Assembly (NCBI GenBank): GCA_963745075.1
Contig: CAVUWV010000021.1
Location: forward strand, 32,001 to 96,000
Direction of reading: 5' to 3'
DNA: 64,000 nt
Origin: Candidatus Hydrogenedentota bacterium
GTDB lineage: Bacteria > Hydrogenedentota > Hydrogenedentia > Hydrogenedentales > SLHB01
Numbering within the stretch: the stretch's first letter is position 1; the number at the start of each line of letters is the position of its first letter. Positions 19,800 to 29,908 of the stretch are shown here, in pieces. The notes under the pieces are model-generated. The model saw only the letters and a program-made list of their open reading frames with translations, was not told the DNA's origin and did no database searches. The position numbers and the translations under genes are program-made.

Positions 19800-19860
19800 A
19801 TTTCGATCCACGCAACTTCCGGCTGTGGTATGCTGGAAGACTGGAGGGAACCTGTAATCC

Positions 19861-20970
19861 ATGAAACTTCGTTTGCCGTTTATCCTCGCGCTGATCGCGC
19901 CGCTGCTGCTCGGGGCGGGAGCGTACACGCGAACCCTGCGCCCCGCAGGCGCCGGGCTGCTCTATCCAACGGACCCGAACACCCTTCGCACGGCGATCGA
20001 GCAGTATCTTGCGGAGGCCGATCCGATTGCCCTGCCCGGGCCGGTGGTAGGATGCGTCGTCCCCCATTCCAGCCTGAAAATGTGCGGCCCGATATTGGCC
20101 AGCACACTCAAACCGATTCAGCGTGGCGAGTACGATCGGGTGATTGTGTTGTCGCCAGCCCTCTTCTCGGAATTTCGCGGCTGTTCGGTTCCGGCCGTCC
20201 AGTACTATCAGACGCCGCTTGGCGACATCGAACTGGACGGTCCGGCGATCCGGCGAATCACGCTGAATTCCCTCATCGACACCCGGGCAGTCATCTACCG
20301 CCCCGGGGCCTACACCGATCCCGAGGTCAATCGCCGGCCGCTTCACGAACGTGAGTTTGCGGCGGAGCCCGCGTTGCTGTTTCTGCAGGTCCTACTCGGC
20401 AATTTCAAATTGCTGCCCATTGTGGTGGGGAACTTGGATCGCAACCTGCACGAGCTTTCGAATGACGACCGTTCCAAGCTCGATGAGGAAGCGATCGAGA
20501 ACGTTGCCCGCACGATCGATTCGGTTATGGACGACCGCACCCTCCTCGTGGTGTGCTCGGAGTTCACGCGTTTCGGCGCGGTGAACGATTTTACGCCCTT
20601 CACCCAGAACGTCCTGCAAGGGATCGCGGAACTGGACATGCAGGCGTTCAAGCTTGTCGAGGCGAAACAATTCAATGGATTCGAAGACTACTTAGCGGAA
20701 ACCGGGAATCCCATCACCGGCAAGTTTCCGATTCTGATCGGGATGCATCTCCTCCCGCGGACATCGCATGGTGTTCTGATGGGGTATACCCTATCCGCGA
20801 AAGTCACCGGCGATCTGAGTGCGTCGGTAAGCTATGGTGGCATCGCATTTTTCGATGCGACGCGCGCGCTCCACGAGGTCGCCGGTGCGGCCCTGACTCC
20901 GCCTGCGCCGGCGCTTCCGCCGAGTCCGGACCAAACGAAGGGCCAAGGTACGGATGCTGGAACACAGTGA
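19861..20970 (+). CDS. Memo-like AmmeMemoRadiSam protein B, degenerate, with signal peptide
   Basis: RPAGAGLLYP, VVPH, YQTPLG, LLPIVVG and SVSYGGI motifs; hydrophobic N-terminus; adjacent to AMMECR1. Confidence 0.8.
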   Translation: MKLRLPFILALIAPLLLGAGAYTRTLRPAGAGLLYPTDPNTLRTAIEQYLAEADPIALPGPVVGCVVPHSSLKMCGPILASTLKPIQRGEYDRVIVLSPALFSEFRGCSVPAVQYYQTPLGDIELDGPAIRRITLNSLIDTRAVIYRPGAYTDPEVNRRPLHEREFAAEPALLFLQVLLGNFKLLPIVVGNLDRNLHELSNDDRSKLDEEAIENVARTIDSVMDDRTLLVVCSEFTRFGAVNDFTPFTQNVLQGIAELDMQAFKLVEAKQFNGFEDYLAETGNPITGKFPILIGMHLLPRTSHGVLMGYTLSAKVTGDLSASVSYGGIAFFDATRALHEVAGAALTPPAPALPPSPDQTKGQGTDAGTQ

Positions 20971-21556
20971 GCATTTCCTGACTCACGAGGAGGAGCAGCT
21001 TCTGCTCCTGATTGCGCGAGACACCATCGAACACTGGGTGCTCGAAGGTATCCAGACGGATCCGGAGCGCTATCCCCTGACCGACGCGCTGAAAGAAAAA
21101 CACGGGGCATTCGTGACGCTGCGCCTTCACGGGCAACTGCGCGGCTGCATCGGCCACACGGCCAACCGGGAACCACTCGCGTTCAGCGTTCGCGATAACG
21201 CCATCAACTCGGCCACCCGCGATCCACGATTCCCTCCGGTCGCCGCGGTAGAGGCTCCCGAAATCCGAATCGAAATCTCTGCACTGACGCCCGGGGACTC
21301 GCCTGAAACACCCTTCAAGCGAATTGAGAGCCTGGATGAGATAGTGATCGGACGCGACGGGCTATACATCGAACGCCTGGATCAGCGTGGCGGACTTCTC
21401 CTGCCGCAGGTCGCGACTGAAAACCGATGGGACGTGAATCGGTTTCTCTCGGCGGTGTGTATGAAGGCGGGGTACCCGGATGGAGCGTGGAAGGAACCGG
21501 GCACGCGGCTCTATCGATTCTCCGCCCAAGTATTCTCCGAGCATCCGGGCGCATAG
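20954..21556 (+). CDS. AMMECR1-domain AmmeMemoRadiSam protein A
   Basis: GAFVTL...LRGCIG, DPRFPP, GLLLPQVA and CMKAG motifs. Confidence 0.92.
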   Translation: MLEHSEHFLTHEEEQLLLLIARDTIEHWVLEGIQTDPERYPLTDALKEKHGAFVTLRLHGQLRGCIGHTANREPLAFSVRDNAINSATRDPRFPPVAAVEAPEIRIEISALTPGDSPETPFKRIESLDEIVIGRDGLYIERLDQRGGLLLPQVATENRWDVNRFLSAVCMKAGYPDGAWKEPGTRLYRFSAQVFSEHPGA

Positions 21557-21668
21557 GCCGCTCGAAATCCCTCCGCGTGAGCCGGCAGATCTTCGCGGAA
21601 ACATTACTCACGGCACCCGGAGTTATCGGTCCGCAAGACGGCAGTTTTTGCACTGGGAAATATGTGGA

Positions 21669-22394
21669 CTAACCAAGTGCGCCGTCTTCGAGACTCGCTC
21701 GGATGAGCGCCACGATTCTCTCCGAAGCTCGACCGGCCGCAGCAATCACGTCCGCATGGGTCAGCGTCCGTTCGTGGCAACAGTTGTTCGTGATGCACGA
21801 CAAGACCGCGGATCGCACACCCAACCGGCGGCATCGCTGCACTTCGGGCGCCGTGCTCATGCCCACAACGGATGCGCCCCATCGCTGGAGCAAGCGAATC
21901 TCGGCGGGGGTTTCGTACGAAGGCCCATGCATCCAGACGTAGGTGCCGACGGCGTCGGACCCGCTCAAAACCACGTCCGGCACAATCGAGTCCACCCGTT
22001 CGCGCCATCCCTGGAACGGCCACGTCAGCAGGCGATCGACGGCGATGATATCCCCGACTTCCAAGGACGGAAGCAAACCGCCGCCAACATTTGTAAACAC
22101 AAATGTGCGAACGCCCCAGCCGTACATGATTTCCACGGGTCGCGTGATTGCCGCGTAGTCGAACCCTTCGTAAAAGTGCAGACGGCCGGACTGGAGAATC
22201 ACAGCGGTTGCTCCGCAACGGCCGAAGGCAAAGGTCCGGGGGTGACCTTCCAAATTGGACGTGGGCAGGCCGTCGATCTCGGAAAACGACACCACCCGGT
22301 CGACGTCATCCAGCAGCGGCAGCAGGTCCAACCCCGACCCCGAAACAATCCCGACCGGGGTTCGAACGTTCGTATCCGAATGCGGGCTATTCAT
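21669..22394 (-). CDS. Purine-nucleoside phosphorylase (PNP family 2)
   Basis: GSGL, GRLHFYEG, GPSYETPAE, VGMSTAPE and CITN motifs. Confidence 0.9.
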   Translation of the reverse strand: MNSPHSDTNVRTPVGIVSGSGLDLLPLLDDVDRVVSFSEIDGLPTSNLEGHPRTFAFGRCGATAVILQSGRLHFYEGFDYAAITRPVEIMYGWGVRTFVFTNVGGGLLPSLEVGDIIAVDRLLTWPFQGWRERVDSIVPDVVLSGSDAVGTYVWMHGPSYETPAEIRLLQRWGASVVGMSTAPEVQRCRRLGVRSAVLSCITNNCCHERTLTHADVIAAAGRASERIVALIRASLEDGALG

Positions 22395-22478
22395 GGCGCG
22401 GCTCGTTTGCGTGCGGCAATACCCTACTCTCCCATCATCCGTCGCCGGTCGCTCCGCGAGCGTCGCACCCCGGTTACG

Positions 22479-23537
22479 CTATGCAGGCCAGGAAGACGGA
22501 AAGAACATGCTGCTGTACAACTGCAACGCGTAGGGGTCCGTCATACCGGCGATGAAATCGGTCGTGCGGCGTTCAATCGAGTCGTTCGGATTCCCCGCGC
22601 AGCTTTCCTTGGTGGGATGCTCCAGCAACCGGTAGTAGAGTTCCCGAAGCAGCTTCTTGGCCTTATCGATTTCCATACTGATGGCTTCGCACGGGTACAG
22701 ATTCGTGTACAGGTAATAGCGCAAGTCGGCGGTCGCCTGCCGCACGTCCTCCGTCATGCCGATGCGGCCGTCACGGCATCCTTCGATCAGGGCGATCGCC
22801 ATCCGATTGATTCGCTCGGACGACGTCCGCCCCAGGGAGGCGACCGCGTCTCGGGGAAGATCGTCGATCGTAATGAGACCGCTGCGGATCGCATCATCGA
22901 TATCGTGATTGATATACGCGACCGCATCGCAAATGCTGACGACGTTCGCTTCGAGCGTTGCCGCCCCGGAGCTGTCCCGCCCCGTAAGAATCCCTTTGCT
23001 ACGCGAGTGGTTCAGAATTCCGTCCCGAACCTCAAACGTTAGATTGAGACCCGGCCCGTGGCGTGTCGACTCCAGCAGGTCCACTACGCGGAGACTCTGT
23101 TCGAAGTGGCGGAAACCCGGCTCGTAGACTTCGTTCAGCACGGCTTCCCCTGCGTGACCGAAGGGCGTGTGCCCGAGATCGTGGCCCAACGCGACCGCCT
23201 CGGTCAGATCTTCGTTGAGGCTGAGCGCGCGCGCGACCGTTCGCGCGATTTGCGACACTTCGAGGGTGTGCGTCATGCGGGTTCGGTAATGATCTCCTTT
23301 GGGGGCGAGAAAGACCTGCGTCTTCTGCTTCAATCTGCGGAAGGCCTTCGAGTGGAGAATGCGATCCCGGTCGCGTTGGAAAGCGGTTCGATAGTCGTGC
23401 TCTTTTTCCGACCGCAGGCGGCCTTTCGAATCCGCGACGAGGGTGGCATGCGCGCTGAGACTCTGCCGTTCGCGATCCTCGATTTGTTCGCGAACGTTAC
23501 GTGGTCCGGGGAATTGTTCGGAGTTGGGAATGGACAC
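22479..23537 (-). CDS. dgt: dGTP triphosphohydrolase-like HD protein
   Basis: RTAFQRDRDRILHSKAFRRL, RTRMTHTLEV, HDLGHTPFGHAGE and DFIAGMTD motifs. Confidence 0.93.
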   Translation of the reverse strand: MSIPNSEQFPGPRNVREQIEDRERQSLSAHATLVADSKGRLRSEKEHDYRTAFQRDRDRILHSKAFRRLKQKTQVFLAPKGDHYRTRMTHTLEVSQIARTVARALSLNEDLTEAVALGHDLGHTPFGHAGEAVLNEVYEPGFRHFEQSLRVVDLLESTRHGPGLNLTFEVRDGILNHSRSKGILTGRDSSGAATLEANVVSICDAVAYINHDIDDAIRSGLITIDDLPRDAVASLGRTSSERINRMAIALIEGCRDGRIGMTEDVRQATADLRYYLYTNLYPCEAISMEIDKAKKLLRELYYRLLEHPTKESCAGNPNDSIERRTTDFIAGMTDPYALQLYSSMFFPSSWPA

Positions 23538-23540
23538 CGG

Positions 23541-24269
23541 TCACTTGCCTTTGGCGAGCCGTTTCGCCAGTTCCACCGGAAGACCCGCGTCGATAATCTT
23601 GCGCTGACAGCTTTCAATATCGTACTCGACGCGGCAAAACTCGAATGTCATTTTCTCGGCGTCGAATACACCATATGCCGCGCGGGGATCGCGATCCCGG
23701 GGCTGACCGACCGCTCCGGGATTGATGAAATACCGGTTCGACGGATGCAACTGACGGGCATTGTTGCCGTTGGACGTGGTGTTGCCCTTTTCGCTGAAGA
23801 ACGAAGGGCGGTGGCTGTGCCCGAAAAAGCAGGTGGTCACGTCCCGTCCGTTGAGGAATTCCAACTGCCGCATCGCGTCGAGCCAATCGATGATATAGTC
23901 GTCGCGGCTGCTGGGGGAACCATGGACGCCAAGGCAGGTGCCCCGGAATGTGATCTGTTCCGGCAGGGACGCAAGCCAGCGGCGATTGTCATCGCGCACT
24001 TGCTCGTATTGCCACTCGATGACTTTCTTAGCGGCGGCACGAAAAAACCACGGGTCCTCGAGACCGCACACGGCGGCATCATGATTGCCCATGATCGTCG
24101 GGATCTGCCGTTCGCGGACGATGTCGACGACTTCGTTGGGATTGGCGTTGTACCCGGTGAGGTCACCCAGGCAAACGATCTTGTCCGGTTTTCGCTGGTC
24201 TATGTCGTCAAACACCGCTCTGGTCGCTTCCAGATTGGCATGTAGATCGGCGATTATTGCAATCTGCAT
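23541..24269 (-). CDS. Metallophosphoesterase (calcineurin-like)
   Basis: DLHAN, CLGD, GNHD, HGSP, GHSH and NPGAVGQPRD motifs. Confidence 0.9.
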   Translation of the reverse strand: MQIAIIADLHANLEATRAVFDDIDQRKPDKIVCLGDLTGYNANPNEVVDIVRERQIPTIMGNHDAAVCGLEDPWFFRAAAKKVIEWQYEQVRDDNRRWLASLPEQITFRGTCLGVHGSPSSRDDYIIDWLDAMRQLEFLNGRDVTTCFFGHSHRPSFFSEKGNTTSNGNNARQLHPSNRYFINPGAVGQPRDRDPRAAYGVFDAEKMTFEFCRVEYDIESCQRKIIDAGLPVELAKRLAKGK

Positions 24270-24526
24270 CTCTTTTTTCCCTGGCGGCACCTCCCGGCAC
24301 GCGTGGGCTCTCCCGATTGAGCCACGCAGGGCGTGGGAACACCGTACTGCTGAGTTCCTGCCGCAACTAGGGTTACGTGATTTAAGGACACCCGGCGCAT
24401 CGTATCAGTAAGTTTGTCCACTCGACCGGCTGAGACCCCGCGCTCCGTATGCAAAAAAAGCGAAGCATTCCCACTGCGCCCTGCTTTTGCCGTCGACGAT
24501 TGCGCTTTTTTCGGCGTCCGATCGGC

Positions 24527-25540
24527 TCAGAAATCCTGTTCTTGGACTCTGGGCCTCTCTTGCCGCCCCGACCGGTCGATGATCTTCCGTAACTGCAGCA
24601 CCTTCTTCCGAGCGTGGCTATTGCGCGGATCCACTTTGAGCACTTTTTCCATGACGTCCAACGCCTCGGGATACTCGCGACGCTTGATGTGCTGAACGCC
24701 AATATTGAATTGCGCCGCCAGCATCTTCTTGCGAAGACGACCGGAATGCGGGAACCGTTTCGCCGCTACGCGATACTGTTCGAGGGCCCCCGTATAATTG
24801 CGCGTCTCAAAGTAAAAGTCGCCCATGGTTTCTTCCTGACTCAAATCGTCGGCGACTTCTTGCGCTTTCTTTGCCTCTTTTTCCTCCCTGCGCTTGGCTT
24901 CGTATTCTTCCGGCGTGTACACGTGGTTCAGTGCCGAAGCCTCGACCAGGATGCTGATGTTATTGGTGTTTTCTTCTTTCGGTATCAGATGGAATCGCGG
25001 ATCGTCCGGGTTGTACGGGTGCAACGTGGAACCGCGCAACACTTCGCCGTCGATGAATTCGACAACGACTTCATTGCCTTCGGCCATCCACTCGCGGTAC
25101 CGAGTGGAGCGATCGAACTTTCCGTCAAAACTTTTTACGTAGAAGACCGCTTTGATATCCGCATAGCGGATTTGCGTCGTCTGCCCCGAAGAAACGCCAG
25201 TCTCATCCGTTTCATCAAGATGAAAGGCCGGTTCCTTGGGATTCAGGGCAAAACATACGCCTCGCGCGGTTCGCCCATCTTTGAATCGAACGACCAGCCG
25301 CTGGCGCGTATGGCGCTTCTTGTGATGCTCGCCTTTGCGTTGCAGACGGACTTCGCGCTCTTTGCGTTGTTCTTGACGCTTGACCCACCACTCGTCACCA
25401 ATGGCGGCGGGTCTCACCTCGGTGAGATAAAGGCCTTTTCGGCCCACCTCGTTGATGGCATCCGCTTCGCTATCGGCGTCGAGAACGCCGAACGTTTCTT
25501 TGCCGCTCTCGTCGATCGCCTTGTACGCGTATTTACCCAC
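24527..25540 (-). CDS. Hypothetical fusion: PilC/GspF-like N-terminal motif, duplicated beta domain (DUF6982-like) and TPR
   Basis: YAYKAIDESGKETFGVLDADSE; VVRFKDG...FHL and VVEFIDGE...RFHL repeats; C-terminal TPR helices. Confidence 0.65.
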   Translation of the reverse strand: MGKYAYKAIDESGKETFGVLDADSEADAINEVGRKGLYLTEVRPAAIGDEWWVKRQEQRKEREVRLQRKGEHHKKRHTRQRLVVRFKDGRTARGVCFALNPKEPAFHLDETDETGVSSGQTTQIRYADIKAVFYVKSFDGKFDRSTRYREWMAEGNEVVVEFIDGEVLRGSTLHPYNPDDPRFHLIPKEENTNNISILVEASALNHVYTPEEYEAKRREEKEAKKAQEVADDLSQEETMGDFYFETRNYTGALEQYRVAAKRFPHSGRLRKKMLAAQFNIGVQHIKRREYPEALDVMEKVLKVDPRNSHARKKVLQLRKIIDRSGRQERPRVQEQDF

Positions 25541-25874
25541 GGCACGCTCCCCTCGCAGACATTTCGACTCCGTTACGGACTCAAGACGCTACGCGCTGGA
25601 AAGCATCATTGGCTACCGTCTTGTCCGTCTCGCCATCGCACATCGGCCCATCTGCTCCGGGCGCGACGACGGACATCCACTCAACGGTACCATGCCTTTC
25701 GCATCGCGTCAAAACTCGTTTTGTGTCTAAGTCATTGAAAACGATACCGTTTCAGCGACCTTGACGGTCTGTACGTCGAAATGCCATCAAGTTTTGAAGA
25801 ACGCGATTCGTACAACAACCTCCAATTACATCGTAACCGTTTGCATTCTAAGAGATTACTCTTTGGAATACAAG

Positions 25875-27227
25875 TCAAATACACCCCGCCGCCCCTCCGG
25901 CCACCGCCACAAACTGGGCTGGGAAGGTGTCGGTTTGTGCGTGTTTCACACCCGCGATCCGCGCATAGTACTCGCGATTCATACGATCCATGAACTCCGA
26001 AACCGCCGCGGCCGGCACCAGATGGATCGTACAACCCCCAAATCCCGCGCCCGTAAGTCGCGAACCGATACTCCCGCCGTCCCGGGCCAGTGCAACCATT
26101 CGATCCAGTTCGGGACAACTCACGAGATAGTCGTGCGCGCAACTTTCGTGCGACGCGTCCATCAATGCGCCGAAAGATGCCGCATCCCCCGCAGTGAGCG
26201 CGTCCCGTCCCGCCTCGACGCGCTGATATTCGGTGCGCTGATGCCGCGCGCGCGCCTGCAATGGGAATCCCCCGTCAGGCTCCGGCAGATCGCCCAGCCA
26301 TTGGGATCGGATTTGCGCCTCCGACAAGCCAAGGAAACGGCCTGCCTCGGCAAGGGTCGTTCGCGGGCGGGGAAATGTCTCGTCCAGCAAGTCCTCGACT
26401 TCACGGTCCAAAAGGCATAATGGACCGAACCACAGATCGCCCAGACAGGCGATCCTCACGTCTTGTCCAAACGTCCGCTGGGCCTGCCGTTCGACCATGG
26501 CGCGAATAAGCCGGCAAGTCAGCGGGCCCTCGTTGTAGCGTTGGCGAGCGGCGCCGGTCTTCTGGGCCTCCACCAATGAATTGCAGATAACGAATGTGTG
26601 ATCGTCGAAGAGGGAAACTTCTTCAACGCGCAACGGATTGAAATCGATCTTGCAGGCGTGATTCTCCCCACCGAGGAGAATGATGGCCTGGTCCATACCG
26701 CCGCCCTGGGTCCCGGCATAGCGTTCGGCCTGTGCCAGAATCTCGGCCAACTGAAGCCGCGTCAGATCGGCTTCCGTCGAAGTGCCCAAAGCGGAAAGAT
26801 ACGTGAGAGCCGTAGCCACCACCAGCGCCGACGACGACGAAAGCCCCGCGGCCGTCGGGATATCTCCCCATACGAGGAGGTCCATCCCCAACGCCCCGTC
26901 GAGTTCCAGCGCATCGTTCACCCCGCACACCGCCGCTTTACAGTAGTTCTCCCAGCTTCCCTCCTTGGAAGGAACGATCGCGGGTCCGTTCGCGAATTCG
27001 GCCGAAAGATAGCGCTGGTCGAGACTCTCGAGGCGTATGGCGTTGTCTTCCCTAGCCGCGGACGCGATATAGACCGCCTGACTCAGCGTCATGGGGAGAA
27101 CGGAGAGTCCGTTGTAATCGACGTGCTCGCCGAGAAGGTTTACGCGGCCCGGCGCACGGCAAACGCGCGGCTCCCGGGCTCCCGGAAACCGGGCGCGAAA
27201 CGCAGACTTCAGATCCTCGACCTGCAT
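25875..27227 (-). CDS. galK: Galactokinase (GHMP kinase)
   Basis: RAPGRVNLLGEHVDYN, IPTAAGLSSSSA, GGMDQ and SRLTGAGFGGC motifs. Confidence 0.93.
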   Translation of the reverse strand: MQVEDLKSAFRARFPGAREPRVCRAPGRVNLLGEHVDYNGLSVLPMTLSQAVYIASAAREDNAIRLESLDQRYLSAEFANGPAIVPSKEGSWENYCKAAVCGVNDALELDGALGMDLLVWGDIPTAAGLSSSSALVVATALTYLSALGTSTEADLTRLQLAEILAQAERYAGTQGGGMDQAIILLGGENHACKIDFNPLRVEEVSLFDDHTFVICNSLVEAQKTGAARQRYNEGPLTCRLIRAMVERQAQRTFGQDVRIACLGDLWFGPLCLLDREVEDLLDETFPRPRTTLAEAGRFLGLSEAQIRSQWLGDLPEPDGGFPLQARARHQRTEYQRVEAGRDALTAGDAASFGALMDASHESCAHDYLVSCPELDRMVALARDGGSIGSRLTGAGFGGCTIHLVPAAAVSEFMDRMNREYYARIAGVKHAQTDTFPAQFVAVAGGAAGCI

Positions 27228-27378
27228 GGTTGCGGGAATGACACCTTTGGTTGCTCTGGAGGTGCCGGGGATTGTAGCGGGCGGAAACGGCCTTTTCAAA
27301 GACTCCGGGAACCTCTTCCTGCGGCGCCGTGTTTAAGGGGACACGAAGCGCAGAGGCTGCGGCCAAGGAGAACCTTGA

Positions 27379-28206
27379 ATGAGAACCATGGGAATCTTTC
27401 TCGTTGCGTGTGCGATCGCGGCGCTGACGGCCGCGAACGGCGCAGAGCCCAAGAAAGAGGCTCGCGTACACGACCACGCCTCGCAGAGCGGCGATTTATT
27501 CAAGAAGGCGGACACCAACGGCGATGGCGCAGTGACGCTGGAGGAGATCCAGGATGTGGCGCCCACGTTTCCAGCCGAACGATTCCAGGCGATCGACCAT
27601 AACCGTGACGGACGGATCGACGCGAAGGAACTCCAACGCATGAAGCGCGCAACGCAGGCCAAGGCGGGAGACCTTTTCAAACGAGCGGACGCTAACGAGG
27701 ATGGTCATGTCACGTTGGACGAGTTCAGGGCCGTGGCGCCCAAGATGGACGAAAGCCGCTTCGCGCAACTCGACCGGAACGGCGACGGTGGGATCACCTT
27801 GAACGAGCTGATACGCCAACACCCGCCGCAATCCGCTTCCGATCCCGGAAAACGGTTTCGCAAGGCCGATAAAAACGGCGACGGCAAGGTTTCGTACGAC
27901 GAGTTGACGACTCAGATGCCCGACCTGACGCAAGAGCGGTTCGCGCATATGGATCGCAATAACGACGGCGTGTTATCCCCGGAAGACCGCAAGGAATCGA
28001 CGCCACGAAAACGTACCGGCAACGATTCCCACGTGTCCCGCGCGGCTGCAGCGCGCAAGCTCATGGAAACGGACGCCGACAAAGACGGTTCCGTGACCTT
28101 CAAGGAAGTGACTGCAGCAAAACCGGGATTCCCTCGCAAGGCATTCGATCGGTATGACACCAACGGCGATGGGATCTTGTCCGCTGCGGACTACGCCGGC
28201 ACGTAG
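27379..28206 (+). CDS. Secreted EF-hand calcium-binding protein (8 EF-hand loops)
   Basis: Signal peptide and eight DxNxDG/DxDxDG loops arranged in four pairs. Confidence 0.88.
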   Translation: MRTMGIFLVACAIAALTAANGAEPKKEARVHDHASQSGDLFKKADTNGDGAVTLEEIQDVAPTFPAERFQAIDHNRDGRIDAKELQRMKRATQAKAGDLFKRADANEDGHVTLDEFRAVAPKMDESRFAQLDRNGDGGITLNELIRQHPPQSASDPGKRFRKADKNGDGKVSYDELTTQMPDLTQERFAHMDRNNDGVLSPEDRKESTPRKRTGNDSHVSRAAAARKLMETDADKDGSVTFKEVTAAKPGFPRKAFDRYDTNGDGILSAADYAGT

Positions 28207-28236
28207 CGGATCGACCACATCGTTGTGTGACGTGCG

Positions 28237-29829
28237 TTACCCGCTGCGGCGGCCGGAGCGCAACAGCAGTCTGCCGAAACTCTTCACTTCGGGAATTCCA
28301 AAGTACCACGAAATCGCGAAGTAAACCGCAACCGCAGCCAAGACTGGAATGCAAACGCTCGTCATGCGACTCGCAAACGTATCGGCGGCGAATAATGCGT
28401 GGGTACGGATGTACGCCGCATAGGCGACGGCGGCCATCACCACCGCCGCCACGGTCATTCGAAGGATTGCGGCGGAAAAGGCGCGATCCCACAACACTCC
28501 GAACCGCTGACCGAGCAGAATGTAGAGCACGACAAAATTCGCGGCGTACGAGATGGACGTTGCGATTGCCAACCCCTTGTACCCATACGGGCCGACAAGC
28601 AGCACGTTCAGTACGATGTTCAAGACCATGCTGCCCGAAGAGACGATAACGGGCGTTTTGGTGTCCTTGAATGCGAAGAACCCGGTGACACAAACCTTGA
28701 CCCACGCGAAGGTCACGAGCCCGGCCGCGTATATGGCCAGTGCCGTCAACGTCCACGCCGTGTCCTGGGGCGTGAATTGCCGGTACTGAAAGAGCAGCCG
28801 CACGATGGGAAACCCCAAGGCGACAAGCCCGAGTGTCGCCGGAGCGATCATGAAATAGGATTGGCGCATCCCCTGCATCAGCAGCGACCGAACGGCGGCA
28901 TAGTCCTCCCGTGCGGCGTGGCGCGACGCTGCGGGCAATACGGCTGCCGCCACGGCGAACCCGAAAATCGAAAGCGGCAATTGGACGAGGCGGTTCGCAT
29001 TGTAAAGCGCCGTCACGCTTCCTTCGGCGCTCTTGTACGCGAAGAGCGTGTCGACCAGTTTGTTGACCTCGCCGGCCGCTTGTCCGAACAAAACGGGAAC
29101 CATCAATCCCAGCATGACGTAAATCTCCCGCCGCCGCAGGTGGAAGCGAGGACGCCATACGCCGGCGTATTTGCCCAACGCGTAGTACTGGACCGCCACC
29201 TGCGCGACGCCGCCAAGCCATACGCCCAATACCAGCGCGTACGCGGGATCGGGAAGGGAGTTCCGAAACAGGAGGACCGACGCGATGATGGCAACGTTGA
29301 GCAGGGCAGGCGCCCAGGACGGTGTCATGTAATGCCGCACGGTAAACAACGCGGCCATGGAAAACACCGCCAAACCAATCCAGAAAAGATACGGAAACGT
29401 CCAGCGCGCAAGAGAAGACACCAAGGCGATCGATGCCGGATCGAGGTGCTCGCCCTTGGTGATGGGTTGCAGCGCGTTAAGACCCTGAAGCAATTGCGGC
29501 ACAAGCAAGACGCCGATGATGCTCAGCGCGGCCAGCAAAAGGATCATCCCCCCCATGGAGTCGGCAACGACTTCCCGGAACGCCTTATCGGACTTCTTTT
29601 CGAGCGTTTCGGAAAAGACGGGAATGAACGCGGCGTTTGACGCGCCCTCTCCCACAAGGTCCCGCAACATGTTCGGAAAACGGAATGCGACGATAAACGC
29701 TTCGCGCGAGCCGACGGGGATGAAGATGTTCATCACCTGGTCCCGGACAAGTCCGAGCACCCGGCTGAACATCGTTCCGCCGGCGAAGATCGCAACAAAC
29801 TTTGAGAGACTATGGTCCGAGTCCGACAC
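28237..29829 (-). CDS. murJ: Lipid II flippase MurJ/MviN
   Basis: SRVLGLVRD, FRFPNMLRDLVGEGA, ANRLVQLPL and KDTKTPV motifs. Confidence 0.95.
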   Translation of the reverse strand: MSDSDHSLSKFVAIFAGGTMFSRVLGLVRDQVMNIFIPVGSREAFIVAFRFPNMLRDLVGEGASNAAFIPVFSETLEKKSDKAFREVVADSMGGMILLLAALSIIGVLLVPQLLQGLNALQPITKGEHLDPASIALVSSLARWTFPYLFWIGLAVFSMAALFTVRHYMTPSWAPALLNVAIIASVLLFRNSLPDPAYALVLGVWLGGVAQVAVQYYALGKYAGVWRPRFHLRRREIYVMLGLMVPVLFGQAAGEVNKLVDTLFAYKSAEGSVTALYNANRLVQLPLSIFGFAVAAAVLPAASRHAAREDYAAVRSLLMQGMRQSYFMIAPATLGLVALGFPIVRLLFQYRQFTPQDTAWTLTALAIYAAGLVTFAWVKVCVTGFFAFKDTKTPVIVSSGSMVLNIVLNVLLVGPYGYKGLAIATSISYAANFVVLYILLGQRFGVLWDRAFSAAILRMTVAAVVMAAVAYAAYIRTHALFAADTFASRMTSVCIPVLAAVAVYFAISWYFGIPEVKSFGRLLLRSGRRSG

Positions 29830-29908
29830 TACGTGTTCCTAGTTCGTTTTGGGTGTTCCGACGGAGAGCACCCCACACCAATGCGGTGACGAAGACGTCG
29901 ACCGGTCG

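Noticed and set aside
21480..24245. Long plus-strand ORFs of 520 and 395 aa
   Set aside because: They are antisense shadows of PNP, dgt and the metallophosphoesterase, as expected in high-GC DNA. The same applies to the many other antisense ORFs in the track.
22479..24269. Anti-phage dGTPase/phosphoesterase defence system
   Set aside because: This is a short housekeeping-type dGTPase co-oriented with PNP, with no defence-island context.
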